Positions 46,789-56,727 are shown, counted from the stretch's first letter. The stretch: DNA of 63,950 nt from a virus (IMGVR_UViG_3300027899_000982:1-63950), one strand, 5' to 3'. The notes: a model not told the origin generated them from the letters alone. A program made the numbers and translations.

Positions 46789-47646
46789 TTATTTCCTGTT
46801 TATAAAAACTAGGAGGTACTCATGCGTACGTATAAGTACCCTCTTTCCATGATCGAACATTGCAACTCTTCGAGTTGACGAATTGTTCTTTTGTAAAAGA
46901 ATGATTTCCTCTTTTAATTCAAAAGAATGTTTTTGGTGCAACCTTGCAATGTCATGGTTTAAAGCCATGAGTGGCAGGTCTGAATTTTTTCCCCTTGTCA
47001 GACCTACCACCCAACAGGATAAAGTCCCAGGTTTTAGAATTCTCCCTGATTCCTTTATGCACTCATCAATTCCGCTAAGAAAATCATCGTAAGTATCGCA
47101 CTCAGATAAATCACCATTTGGCCCTCCATACATTTCAGTGTTGTAATAAGGTGGACAGGTTATCAGAAAATCGGCACTATTGGTTTTTATGAATGGCACA
47201 CTGCGGCTGTCTCCCCTGAAAAGTTTAATTCCCTTTTCAGCACTGTTAGCCTTAAGCCTTTTGTTTACAGCATCTATTTCATCCTGTCTTAATTCAATAC
47301 CTAAATACTTAAGGTCATACTTACTGCAAATAATAGCCCTTGTACCACCACCAGCAAAGGGGTCATATACCGTATGACCTCTCTTTGGTCCATAGATATT
47401 AAGGATATAGATTGCAGTGACTGGGTTAAAAATAGACACCGTAATCTTGCCCCTGTAATAACTTGAACTATCATCTGCTTTAGTAAAGCAATCAGCCCTG
47501 GCTGAATCTTCCAAGGAATCACCAATAAGGGATTTAAGCTTTAGACGTACCTTATCGGAATAGTCCAGCGACCAGACAGTAGTGGGCCAAATGCCATACT
47601 TTTCTTTGGCAGTGATAAAAGGATCTACTAAATCAAAACCCTTCAT
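46789..47646 (-). CDS. DNA amino-methyltransferase (N4/N6 family)
   Basis: DPFAGGGT motif I precedes TCPPYY motif IV. HEYLLVF also present. Confidence 0.85.
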   Translation of the reverse strand: MKGFDLVDPFITAKEKYGIWPTTVWSLDYSDKVRLKLKSLIGDSLEDSARADCFTKADDSSSYYRGKITVSIFNPVTAIYILNIYGPKRGHTVYDPFAGGGTRAIICSKYDLKYLGIELRQDEIDAVNKRLKANSAEKGIKLFRGDSRSVPFIKTNSADFLITCPPYYNTEMYGGPNGDLSECDTYDDFLSGIDECIKESGRILKPGTLSCWVVGLTRGKNSDLPLMALNHDIARLHQKHSFELKEEIILLQKNNSSTRRVAMFDHGKRVLIRTHEYLLVFINRK

Positions 47647-47828
47647 TTTATTAAATCCAAATTATGAGTATGTTCTTCTATCCATTTTTCCAAATCACTT
47701 TCACGAAACAATATTCTACTACCTAGTCTAAAAAAAGGGATCTTTTTCTGATAGGTCCAGAGCCTAATTGTGTGGATTGACAGGTTTAAGATATTAGCTA
47801 CCTGAGCAACATTCAAAAGCTTATCCAT
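47643..47828 (-). CDS. Excisionase-like HTH protein
   Basis: LLNVAQVA..L......IP..RLG..I.F...DLEKW. Confidence 0.85.
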   Translation of the reverse strand: MDKLLNVAQVANILNLSIHTIRLWTYQKKIPFFRLGSRILFRESDLEKWIEEHTHNLDLIK

Positions 47829-47830
47829 TG

Positions 47831-48430
47831 TTAAGCCCCTTCATTCAAGTAGTAACCTTTCCCTTCCTTTCGCATAAGTCCCTTTTCGATTAGTTTCTTG
47901 AAATGATTCCTAAAGGGAATGTTTTTGTCATTCCAAGGTTGTTGTTTAATATCATACATCGTAGTACCAGGATTTTCACGAACGAAGGAAACGGCCATAT
48001 CAGTTTTAGTGCCAGTACGTGCAGGTTTAGGTTCTTTAGGTGGCTTGGGTTCTTTGGGTGGTTTAGGTTCTTTGGGTGGTTTAGGTGTTTTTTCTTTCTT
48101 TGCTACAGGTTCAGGTTGTTCAACAGGTTGTTCAACAGGTTGTTCAATTTCTCCCATTTCTATTTCCTCCTTTTTTTGTCTAGCTGCTAAAGCAGCATCA
48201 GCAATGTCAAATCCACCGTCAATAGTTCGTTTGTTAGCCAATTCATTGTACATGTCAGACACAGCATCAGGCAATTGGTCCTCAACCTCAACTGGCACCG
48301 TTTCTACAGCAGACATGAAATCACTTACCAGCTTTTCTAAACCTTGTTTGGAATCCACCTGAAATTTAGCCAGTCCACAGTTATTCAACGCCTTGATGCT
48401 TACTTTCAACAGCCCTTTTTCAATCTCCAT
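47831..48430 (-). CDS. Putative DNA-binding protein with (PKPPKE)n linker and C-terminal wHTH
   Basis: Tandem EQPV and PKPPKE repeats, and an ENPG.T...L...G...K.GK.YY wing. Confidence 0.65.
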   Translation of the reverse strand: MEIEKGLLKVSIKALNNCGLAKFQVDSKQGLEKLVSDFMSAVETVPVEVEDQLPDAVSDMYNELANKRTIDGGFDIADAALAARQKKEEIEMGEIEQPVEQPVEQPEPVAKKEKTPKPPKEPKPPKEPKPPKEPKPARTGTKTDMAVSFVRENPGTTMYDIKQQPWNDKNIPFRNHFKKLIEKGLMRKEGKGYYLNEGA

Positions 48431-48469
48431 TTTGTACCCCCCTTTTGGATTAATTTTTTATCTACTCTC

Positions 48470-48499
48470 ATTATACCATGAATTATTAACTATGGACAA
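48470..48499 (-). promoter_or_regulatory. Promoter TTGTCC-N18-TATAAT
   Basis: ttgtccatagttaataattcatggtataat. Confidence 0.75.
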
Positions 48500-48680
48500 T
48501 TTTATTTTCATTTTCGTGAAATTTTTTTATTCTGTTTATGTCCTCGTCTGAGAATTGTCCATACCTAACCATCTCTCCTTGTGGACAGTTTGAACATGGC
48601 TCTCCTAAAAAGATATAAAACTGTTGTAGTAGCAAACAGGTCGTATGATATATGGTTGCTTGCATCCTATCACAGCGCAC
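48486..48680 (-). CDS. Small Cys-rich protein
   Basis: C..M.A.I....C....CSNCPQG. Confidence 0.5.
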   Translation of the reverse strand: MRCDRMQATIYHTTCLLLQQFYIFLGEPCSNCPQGEMVRYGQFSDEDINRIKKFHENENKIVHS

Positions 48681-50209
48681 TATTCAATACTTCCCCTTTC
48701 TGAATCCAATAATACCTGTCCTGTTTTAAGTTGCTGTAACACTGTGACATGTTCAAATTGATTAAAATCCTTCCATCTATGGGCTACAACCCCCAATCTC
48801 ATTATGCCAGAATCCTTTTCTTCCATAGTCTGATTAAGTGAAAACATGGCATCAACGTGTGCAACCTTTCGGATATCTTCAGAAACGTCACTGGCTTTAA
48901 CACTCTTGCTATCCATAGTTTTTTTATTACTCTGGCTGGCAGTCACCACCAGACAATGTTGGGTAGCTGCAAGATTTTTTAACATTTTCCAGGTTTCATC
49001 ATATCTGTCTCTACCTTCAGACTGGCTGGATTCAGGGGAAAGTATATCAGCATAATCTATGATTATAACATCAGGCACAAAATCTTCCGTTATTTCTAGT
49101 ATTTCTAAATCTCTTTTGATTGTTTGTAGGTTGGCAGAATAGGCAGGGTAGGCTTTTATCTTTAAACTCTTTCCAAAAACAGTCTGGAATCCAGACATAA
49201 CCTTCTTTAATTTAAACAATGATAACTTACTTTTCTGGATGGTTTCAAACCAAGTAGCCAGTTTGTAATCTCTTGTACCACGACAGACTGTGCAGGGTCT
49301 ATAAGAATTTTTATGGTCAAAAGGCGGCAGGACATTATTTTTGTATAGTGTAATTTGATTTATTCTCTCAGGCTTATTACAAAAACCATTCTGATTTAAT
49401 TGACAATCAAAGGCAGGAAAGATTGTACAAATCTTTTCCCCACTTCCGGAAATCATTTTAAAGAAACGGTTGGACAAACCACCGTCCATCATTTCCAATG
49501 AGATAAACACTACATTTAGTTTTGTTGCTATAGCTTGCAGGGCTATTTCTTGCAGAAAAAAAGTCTTTCCACGTTTCATTGGAGCCAAGAAAGCTATTAG
49601 CCATCCTCTTTCAAAATGACCTAAATGTTCACCAACTGGACCTATTAGTCTAAACAAATAATTAGGTTTATCTTCATCAACTAAATCACCATCATACACC
49701 TTTTCAATATATTCAGGGTCAAAAGGATCTATCCAATTAGTCATAACCTTAGCCACCCTTTTGTAATTGGTAATTTCATCCTCAGCCTTGTCAATCTCTT
49801 TAGTAGCCAGATAACCAGCTATGTTTTCACTGATCAAAGATAGGGATACCTCTTTAAAATAAGTAAATGTTCTATCCAGAAGATAGTCTACGTTAAAACT
49901 GGTTTCATTCTCATACCTTCTGGACAAGTCATCAAGAAAAGTAGAAATTAAATCGGCATCAGCATCCTTTAGTCTTTCCTTTTCCACCCTGTAAATATCT
50001 TTTATTTGTATGCCCGGACATTCTTTATAACTTTCATAAAACTTCATAACCCATTTGGCTACTATCCTGGCATAATTGTTTTTGAAGAACTTCAAATTAA
50101 GTATAGGGGCTATTGATCTAAGATATGATGTGGAAACTATCATACCTGTGATAATAGCCTTTTCAACAAAAGCCCCTTCAGATGGTCTTCTAAGGCGAAT
50201 AGTTGACAA
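48680..50209 (-). CDS. dnaB: DnaB-like replicative helicase
   Basis: APMKRGKT, FISLEM, IIIDYADIL, TASQ and SEDIRK motifs. Confidence 0.88.
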   Translation of the reverse strand: MSTIRLRRPSEGAFVEKAIITGMIVSTSYLRSIAPILNLKFFKNNYARIVAKWVMKFYESYKECPGIQIKDIYRVEKERLKDADADLISTFLDDLSRRYENETSFNVDYLLDRTFTYFKEVSLSLISENIAGYLATKEIDKAEDEITNYKRVAKVMTNWIDPFDPEYIEKVYDGDLVDEDKPNYLFRLIGPVGEHLGHFERGWLIAFLAPMKRGKTFFLQEIALQAIATKLNVVFISLEMMDGGLSNRFFKMISGSGEKICTIFPAFDCQLNQNGFCNKPERINQITLYKNNVLPPFDHKNSYRPCTVCRGTRDYKLATWFETIQKSKLSLFKLKKVMSGFQTVFGKSLKIKAYPAYSANLQTIKRDLEILEITEDFVPDVIIIDYADILSPESSQSEGRDRYDETWKMLKNLAATQHCLVVTASQSNKKTMDSKSVKASDVSEDIRKVAHVDAMFSLNQTMEEKDSGIMRLGVVAHRWKDFNQFEHVTVLQQLKTGQVLLDSERGSIE

Positions 50210-50315
50210 TTAATAACCCCCAGCAATCTTTCTTTTGGCTACTTTCATAGATTTGGGATTCAATTCTATGCTTAACAGTGGCTTCATAAAATCCTCTCCT
50301 TTCTTTATTAAAGAA

Positions 50316-51581
50316 TTACATATTTAAAGGGCTGGGTCTGTGGGGTTTAACTAACATGGCTTGGTCAAACATGTAAGCTGGCAGGTAATTGTTAAAGAAA
50401 TAATCCCAACTAAAAGAAGATACACTCCATTGTCTTGTATTTCCATTCTTGAATTTGTCAAGATAGTCTACCACGGCATCGGTATAAACTCTGGCAACAT
50501 CTCCTACGCTAAACCAAGGCGTAGGATATTTGCCTTGGTTATCTGCATGGAATTTAATGAGTTTTTGAGTGGCAAACCGAAAGGCATTGTCATCGGCAAC
50601 AGTGGTTTCAACATTGGCATTGCCAAGAATCTTTTCAAGATAGAAAGTTTTAAGGAAATTGGTTATGTTTGGGTCGGGATCGGGGATAGGCTTAACGGAG
50701 TTTTTTAATAGCTTAGGTGGGCTTTCTCGCAATTCCTTAAAGATGCTTCGGCCTGTCCTTTCATTGACAACGAATTCCATGAAGTAAAGTTTTTTATAAT
50801 ACTCTTTGGATTTTATACTGGCAGGGGTGTAATCAGGGGAAATGGCAAATTTTAAAAGGTCAATGGCTTTGATTATTTCATCAATGGAATGTTCTTTTAA
50901 TAAATTACGCAAGGCAATGACATTCTTCTCATAAGTTTTTGTGTTTGTCTTTGGACTTGGAAAGCCTGACAGTTGCCAATAATCAAATATCTTCTTGTAT
51001 GGCCCATTCATTGGCTTGTCAATAGGTATGTCTTTTGGTTTTGGCTTGGCCATGCCGTTTCGTATCAATGATGATTTTTTAGCAGTACCACCACTTTGAG
51101 AATCAAAGTGTGACAGTTGTTCTTTAGAACAACTGTTATTCCCTTTATTCTCATTATCTTTATTCTTATTATATACACTCGGATCTGAGATACTAGTTTC
51201 TGATTTTTGAGAAACTAGTATTTCTGAATCAGGGACACTTGTTATCAAATTTATCAGTACCCTAAAGTTGAACCTATAATAATTTCTTGATGGTATACCT
51301 CGTTTTTCAAATTCAAGAACACCCTTGTCTTGTAGTTCTCTTATTATTCTTGTTTGGGCAGATACAGTTATACTGGTGTCATCTTTAATGTTTTGTTGGG
51401 TGTTAAAAAACCAGCCATTACTATCTATCATATCACGTTTGGCAAAATAATTGAATTTGGAGAGCATGTCTCCAATCCAAGCGGCTGTTTCTAATCCCAG
51501 TTGTTTTATTAGGGGTTTGCTTACCCGTAAGTATTCTTGGGTCAAAACTTTTTGTAATTCAGTATAGTCTAAGTCGTTCAT
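50316..51581 (-). CDS. Replication initiator/organizer-like protein with N-terminal wHTH
   Basis: LIKQLGLE.A..., GWFFNT...I..DT.I....Q..II..L...G.L...RGIP..NYY pattern. Confidence 0.65.
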   Translation of the reverse strand: MNDLDYTELQKVLTQEYLRVSKPLIKQLGLETAAWIGDMLSKFNYFAKRDMIDSNGWFFNTQQNIKDDTSITVSAQTRIIRELQDKGVLEFEKRGIPSRNYYRFNFRVLINLITSVPDSEILVSQKSETSISDPSVYNKNKDNENKGNNSCSKEQLSHFDSQSGGTAKKSSLIRNGMAKPKPKDIPIDKPMNGPYKKIFDYWQLSGFPSPKTNTKTYEKNVIALRNLLKEHSIDEIIKAIDLLKFAISPDYTPASIKSKEYYKKLYFMEFVVNERTGRSIFKELRESPPKLLKNSVKPIPDPDPNITNFLKTFYLEKILGNANVETTVADDNAFRFATQKLIKFHADNQGKYPTPWFSVGDVARVYTDAVVDYLDKFKNGNTRQWSVSSFSWDYFFNNYLPAYMFDQAMLVKPHRPSPLNM

Positions 51582-52459
51582 CTAAATATCTCCCTTCTCA
51601 ATTCAGAAACTTGGTTGTCGGTTAAGTCACCAGGATCACCATCGTCCAATTCAATAGTTTCACTGTCCATAAAAACGGAAAGGGAATCAGCCAGCTTTCT
51701 AGCCTTTTTGATAGCAAAGCTTTCGCTGTCAAACATGACATAGGCTTTCTTAACTCTCCTATCCACCAATAGTTTTATTTGTTCGGTAGTATATTCCAGC
51801 CCCATTGTAGCTACACAACCATCACCAATTCTCCAAACATCAGTCACCCCCTCAGTTATAATGGCAATGTCTTTGACTGAATCAATATTATACAAACACT
51901 CTTTCATAGGAATAATAGCGTCTTTGTTGCTACAGTGGATATAAGGTGGATCTTGGCCTGAAACAGCCCTGGCAGTAAAATTTACTATGTACCCATTTTC
52001 TATAACTGGGATGATAATCCTAAATTTGTATTTCCCCAAGTTGTAACAAGCACGTAGACGATATTTTTCAATTAGGTGGGTAGGGCTAAAGCCCCTGTTT
52101 TGCAGGTAGTCAGAGTGGATTTCAGGAAATACTAAAGTAGCCTCAGTGGGCAAAATGTTATCTCCTAAACGTCTGCGAATGTCGCTTTTAAGGTCAGTAA
52201 AGACAGCGGTTGTATCAAAGGATTTTACTATATCATAGGCTTGATACAAAGTACAACAATCTATTTCCTGAATTAATTTAGTGATGTGGCCCTTGGTGCC
52301 ACATCTCCAACAGTTGAATCCGGTTTCCTTTATACCCAAATGGTTGGACTGGTCCCCACAGAATGGGCAGTGAATTCCAATCCAACCATCAGATATGTTT
52401 TTGCCCTCTTGACGATAGGGAATGTTTCTATCATCAAGATAGGATTTTATGTTAAACAT
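51578..52459 (-). CDS. DNA primase (Zn-finger + TOPRIM)
   Basis: CPFC..H...CWRC, RIIIP, TEG..D and FDSE...DPGD motifs. Confidence 0.88.
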   Translation of the reverse strand: MFNIKSYLDDRNIPYRQEGKNISDGWIGIHCPFCGDQSNHLGIKETGFNCWRCGTKGHITKLIQEIDCCTLYQAYDIVKSFDTTAVFTDLKSDIRRRLGDNILPTEATLVFPEIHSDYLQNRGFSPTHLIEKYRLRACYNLGKYKFRIIIPVIENGYIVNFTARAVSGQDPPYIHCSNKDAIIPMKECLYNIDSVKDIAIITEGVTDVWRIGDGCVATMGLEYTTEQIKLLVDRRVKKAYVMFDSESFAIKKARKLADSLSVFMDSETIELDDGDPGDLTDNQVSELRREIFR

Positions 52460-53193
52460 TACTTATCAAAGCCAAATAGAATTTTGATTGTGCCTTCTAT
52501 CTTTACTTTGATTCCAAGTTGCTGAATGACAGTTTCAACAGCCTGTTGAACTACATTTTTGATAAGGTCCGGCTGGATTTCTGGCCCAATGTCAGCTTTC
52601 ATTTCTTCTAAAGCCCTATCCCTTTCTTCCGGTGGAGTAGTGAAAGCTGGATTAGGTATTTTTATGATATTTTCTTCTGATTTTGGATAGAATACATCTT
52701 TTAAAGTCCTTCTGCCTTTTCTTGAATTATATATCTTTGCTATTTGATCTGCTGTTGCTCCAGAAATTTCCCATCTTGTATCGCTACCTCTTTTGATATG
52801 CTCAGGAACTTTTTCTTGTAGTTTGTGCATGGCAGTAGAAACAAGACCGGATTGCTTGCGGGTCAATTTAGTGAGTGTCATTAAGTCTTTTGATGCTAAT
52901 GGTCCTTCTTTCTCCAATAGATACAGTAAATTCATCCAAAACGGTTCCAGTGGTTTACTCATAAGTCCATACTCCTTTCTAATTTGGTCTGGATTTAAGT
53001 GCTTGGCCCTGCTGTGCTTGACATACCCTGTTGGTTTTGATGGTACTACAGGTTTGAAAAGGCATTTAGTAATTTCAGCCACGGTCCCTGTAAACTCATT
53101 TTTTGTTTCTTTGTCCTTTTCCACTCCTAGGTAATCATCCAATGGCTTTCCATCAACAAATATTCCCCTGTCCATAAATCCTCCTATAACCAA
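52459..53193 (-). CDS. Hypothetical protein with central wHTH-like segment
   Basis: RBS before MDRG. Confidence 0.6.
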   Translation of the reverse strand: MVIGGFMDRGIFVDGKPLDDYLGVEKDKETKNEFTGTVAEITKCLFKPVVPSKPTGYVKHSRAKHLNPDQIRKEYGLMSKPLEPFWMNLLYLLEKEGPLASKDLMTLTKLTRKQSGLVSTAMHKLQEKVPEHIKRGSDTRWEISGATADQIAKIYNSRKGRRTLKDVFYPKSEENIIKIPNPAFTTPPEERDRALEEMKADIGPEIQPDLIKNVVQQAVETVIQQLGIKVKIEGTIKILFGFDK

Positions 53194-54557
53194 TCATTTT
53201 CAGAATAGATTGCCAATCTCTCTCCTAAATGAGATATCAAATAGTGATGAGAAAGATCAAGAAAATCAACAATCAATACAGAATCCTTATCCTTTGTAGC
53301 CCTTAGACCACGGCCAATTCCTTGCAGCACGGCAATTTCCGATTTTCCACCAGCCGCATTGATAATGCAATCCAGGCTTGGAACGTCAACCCCTTCCTTC
53401 CAAATCTGTGTAGCTATCACCGTTTTAATTTCTTTGTCATTTAAACTCCCCCTAACCATTTCTCGCATTTCACCATCATCTCTTCCCTGTATGAAACATA
53501 CCTTGTGTCCTAACATTTCAGCCACTTCAGATAAAACCATCCCATGTTCAATTTTGGTAATAAGTATCAGGGTGGTTTTCCCTTCTGTAGCCATATCCTT
53601 GGCAGTTTTTATAATCATCCTATTCCGTGACCTGTTATTAACAATCCCCTGGTCATAAACATCCTGATATTTTCTTAACTCTTTAACTTTATAGTCCACC
53701 GGAATTTTTATAATTTTTATTTTGGGCACTGCTAATATCCCCCTATCTGTTCCTTCCTTTAAGGAAAATTCATCAATTAAAGGACCAATTAAACCTTCAA
53801 CCAGTAATTTTGTTTCCTCCCCCGTAGGCAAGGTAGCGGTCAATCCATACCTGTAGGGTGCTATTAGTCTGGTCAGTGTCCGAAAATATAGCCCCCCTAT
53901 CTTGGCTAAATGGTGGGTCTCATCAACAATGACCATATCAAAGCTGTCAAACAGATTCTGTTCCTGTCTACAAAACGATTGGACTGTAGAAACAAGGACA
54001 TCCCCTGTCAAATTTTTGTCGGTCCCTGTCAAAAATCCGACATGCAAACCCAATTTTTCAAACTCCTTTATGGTCTGGTGTACTAAAGTGATGGTATGGC
54101 ATAGGAATAGAGCTTTTATATCTTTAACACTACTTATAATAGCCCCGGCAAGAAAGGTTTTCCCAAATCCAGTCGGTGCTTTGAGTATACCCCTTTTGGC
54201 AGCTACAGCATTTAGGACAAGCTTTTCCTGCTCGGGACGTAGTTGGAGTGGTATTTTTGGAGATCGTGCAACGTAGGGCCAATTCTGTTGGGAGATAGCT
54301 GGCTGTATACCCTTTCCTTGGAGGTATTCTACCACCTTGGGGATATGGCCGGTAAAAAACATACCCGATGGTAGTACCATAGATTTTGGATAGGTTTGCC
54401 TGGACATTTTATATTTCCCTGTAGGTATCCCATCCTTAGTTTTAATAGCTTGTTTTCTCCAATATTCTGCCTTGAAAGAAAGCAGACCGGAAACCATTGG
54501 TATATACTTTTTGTCAGTTATGACAGAGTACACAGGGTCTAAAATTTTTATTTCCAT
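53184..54557 (-). CDS. SF2 (UvsW/XPB-like) helicase
   Basis: APTGFGKT, DETH, TAT, EGVDVP and QGIGRGLR. Start revised to ATG 54557 because the TTG start is the -35 box. Confidence 0.9.
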   Translation of the reverse strand: MEIKILDPVYSVITDKKYIPMVSGLLSFKAEYWRKQAIKTKDGIPTGKYKMSRQTYPKSMVLPSGMFFTGHIPKVVEYLQGKGIQPAISQQNWPYVARSPKIPLQLRPEQEKLVLNAVAAKRGILKAPTGFGKTFLAGAIISSVKDIKALFLCHTITLVHQTIKEFEKLGLHVGFLTGTDKNLTGDVLVSTVQSFCRQEQNLFDSFDMVIVDETHHLAKIGGLYFRTLTRLIAPYRYGLTATLPTGEETKLLVEGLIGPLIDEFSLKEGTDRGILAVPKIKIIKIPVDYKVKELRKYQDVYDQGIVNNRSRNRMIIKTAKDMATEGKTTLILITKIEHGMVLSEVAEMLGHKVCFIQGRDDGEMREMVRGSLNDKEIKTVIATQIWKEGVDVPSLDCIINAAGGKSEIAVLQGIGRGLRATKDKDSVLIVDFLDLSHHYLISHLGERLAIYSENDWL

Positions 54558-54563
54558 ACTTGC

Positions 54564-54593
54564 ATTATAGCATGGTTTTTCAAAACTGGACAA
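54564..54593 (-). promoter_or_regulatory. Promoter TTGTCC-N18-TATAAT giving a probably leaderless mRNA
   Basis: ttgtccagttttgaaaaaccatgctataat-gcaagt-ATG. Confidence 0.7.
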
Positions 54594-54665
54594 AAATACC
54601 TTGCAAATTTTTAAAAATTATTTTAAAATGTTTTCGCTATTCATATGTTGGTCCCTTTCAGGGAA

Positions 54666-54703
54666 GAACCCTGTCAGTCCTTAGCTGGCAGGGTTCATTT
54701 TTT
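54666..54703 (+). terminator. Hairpin with T-tract
   Basis: gaaccctgtcag / ctggcagggttc followed by atttttt. Confidence 0.55.
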
Positions 54704-54705
54704 AT

Positions 54706-54823
54706 GGACATACCTTATACCTTAACCTCGGACATACCTTATACCTTAACCTCGGACATACCTTATACCCTGCCTCGGCATACCTTGCATACCTTATACC
54801 TTAAGGTGAAGTGGACATACCCT
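54706..54823. repeat. Tandem 24-bp repeats (GGACATACCTTATACCTTAACCTC) with an ATACCTT sub-repeat, candidate origin iterons
   Basis: Two exact copies plus several degenerate copies, followed by an AT-rich tract. Confidence 0.8.
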
Positions 54824-54906
54824 GAGCTTCTCCTTATAAAAAAAATAAGAGATAGGTTTTTAATAGAGCATCTTAATAAAAAATATATAGAGCTTCTCCC
54901 TAAGAC

Positions 54907-54942
54907 AAAAAAAGAGGCCCAAATCCGGTTGGACTGGGCCTC
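54907..54942 (-). terminator. Intrinsic terminator ending the early operon
   Basis: GAGGCCC..GGGCCUC-UUUUUUU. Confidence 0.8.
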
Positions 54943-54947
54943 ATCTT

Positions 54948-55169
54948 TTACTTTCTGTATAACGTAACGAAGTTACCAAAGTATTTATCGAAGGTTTGAA
55001 TTAGGTTCTCATAGTCCCCAGAAGTCATTTCCTTTTGGATGATAGTATAATCCAATGCTAATTGCTTACTGAAGGTTTTAGCATAACCAAGAAGACAATA
55101 AGCATTTCCATCTGGCCCACTTAAATTGATTTCAATTTTGCCCTTCCTTTTTTGTTTGTCTTTAATCAT
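54948..55169 (-). CDS. Conserved phage hypothetical protein
   Basis: L.GPDGNA..LL...M.SGDY..L pattern. Confidence 0.75.
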   Translation of the reverse strand: MIKDKQKRKGKIEINLSGPDGNAYCLLGYAKTFSKQLALDYTIIQKEMTSGDYENLIQTFDKYFGNFVTLYRK

Positions 55170-55181
55170 TACATCTCCTTT

Positions 55182-55508
55182 CTATAAAATAGTCTTTAAT
55201 TTCAAAAGATACTTCTCTATCTGTCCTGGCTTCCAATTGAAATGGGACTGGATGTATTTGGTCAATTTGCCTTTGTACTTCCCCCCAGGACAGTTGGTAA
55301 GCTGCTCCAGCATTTCACTTGGGGCATAGTAGATAAGCTGAAGTATCATAAATGATTCCTTTGGAAGTTTAAGCAAAGCCTCCTTTTTGGAATAAGATTC
55401 TTCTGGATCTGAGTTAATATCATATAGGTCTATTTCATCCAGTGGCCTATAGCTTTTGTAGTTCATAGCATCCACAGCATGCCTTAGCATTATTTTATTG
55501 TATTCCAT
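55182..55508 (-). CDS. Hypothetical protein (start MEYNK)
   Basis: AAGGAGAGG RBS. Confidence 0.55.
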   Translation of the reverse strand: MEYNKIMLRHAVDAMNYKSYRPLDEIDLYDINSDPEESYSKKEALLKLPKESFMILQLIYYAPSEMLEQLTNCPGGKYKGKLTKYIQSHFNWKPGQIEKYLLKLKTIL

Positions 55509-55690
55509 TGTCCTCTCCTTTCTCTTCAAATAAGACATTATATTTTCCTTCTTTTTTGTATTTAAACCAGTTAACGCTTCCAATACAACAGTCTGGATGA
55601 CGATAAAATCCCCCAGTAAGGTATTGACTGGGTTCATCTTCCCTAATTTCTTTCATACAGACATAGCACTTCTTGATATTTTGTCTTCTG

Positions 55691-56314
55691 TTAAGCATAC
55701 TTTCTTTCCTCTTCTTTAAGCCTGTTATTTGGTTTCTCATCTAAACGATATATGGTTTCTTTTGTTTTTTCATGCAGAGCTTTTAAACGATATTTGTCAG
55801 CATATCCTGTACGAGCTATACTTAGGACCGCATGCACTGCATCGAACCAAGCATCCGATTTTGTCATCAGTTCACTATATCTTTCTGTGGTAAGGGGCAA
55901 AAGCCTTTTGGTTTTTCTGATCTTTATCAGGTCAATTCTATCATCCTTTCTTGAGATTCGTTCTATATTCTGATTGGTGAAGTCAATCAAGAGTTGCTTT
56001 AGTTCTGGTCTGGTTATCTTAGGGAAGACATTCTTTATTTGTACTTCTTTATACAAATAATCTACAGTATGATTAATCTTGGCAGATCGGCTATGTCTAC
56101 CATATACACTATGGTTATGAGCAGACAGACTTTTAGCGTTCACTTTATAAGTTGAATTGTTGACCCTGGCTAAGAGGGTTAAAGCCTTTTGTTTTGCCAG
56201 AATGTCATAGATGGTGATTTTCTTTGGCTTCTTACTCTCCCAGATCTTGATTATCTCTCGATAGTAGATCCTAAAAAAGTACCCGTAGTTCCTTTCCCAA
56301 ATGTTTTCATTCAT
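55691..56314 (-). CDS. Basic hypothetical protein
   Basis: RBS, operonic. Confidence 0.6.
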   Translation of the reverse strand: MNENIWERNYGYFFRIYYREIIKIWESKKPKKITIYDILAKQKALTLLARVNNSTYKVNAKSLSAHNHSVYGRHSRSAKINHTVDYLYKEVQIKNVFPKITRPELKQLLIDFTNQNIERISRKDDRIDLIKIRKTKRLLPLTTERYSELMTKSDAWFDAVHAVLSIARTGYADKYRLKALHEKTKETIYRLDEKPNNRLKEEERKYA

Positions 56315-56316
56315 AG

Positions 56317-56727
56317 TTACCTCTCCTTTCCATAAACGTGTTTGGAAAAAACATCATTTACAATCCTGAAGTGATTTTTTGATTTTGTTGAAAACAGATC
56401 ATAGTCTGTTATTTTTAGTGGCAGAAGTCTGCCATTAACATAACATATATGAAGCTTTACTTTCATAATACTTCTTTGACGTTTCTTTTCTGCAAGTTCA
56501 TCAGCAATTTCTATCATCCTTTTTTCGGAAAGTCCAGGCAGATTCTCTGCAAAGAAGTCTTTAAAAATTCTTCTTAAACGTGTAAGATCAGTTTTGGTGT
56601 GGTGATTAGATTTCATTCTTCTAAAAGTTTCATCCACATATATATCATTTATATGATCTATAATGCTTAGTAACTTCAAAGGTTTTCTCAGCTTGAAAAG
56701 ATCAGTCGCTGTATATTTAGGTTTCAT
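56317..56727 (-). CDS. Hypothetical protein
   Basis: Operonic ORF. Confidence 0.6.
   Translation of the reverse strand: MKPKYTATDLFKLRKPLKLLSIIDHINDIYVDETFRRMKSNHHTKTDLTRLRRIFKDFFAENLPGLSEKRMIEIADELAEKKRQRSIMKVKLHICYVNGRLLPLKITDYDLFSTKSKNHFRIVNDVFSKHVYGKER

Noticed and set aside
47643-47828. Excisionase as evidence of an integrated prophage boundary
   Set aside because: No integrase, att site or host genes are visible. This HTH type is a common phage regulator.
54560-54967. 135-aa + strand ORF with DIPYTLTS repeats
   Set aside because: Produced by the 24-bp tandem repeat, with a TTG start, no RBS and opposite orientation to all neighbours.
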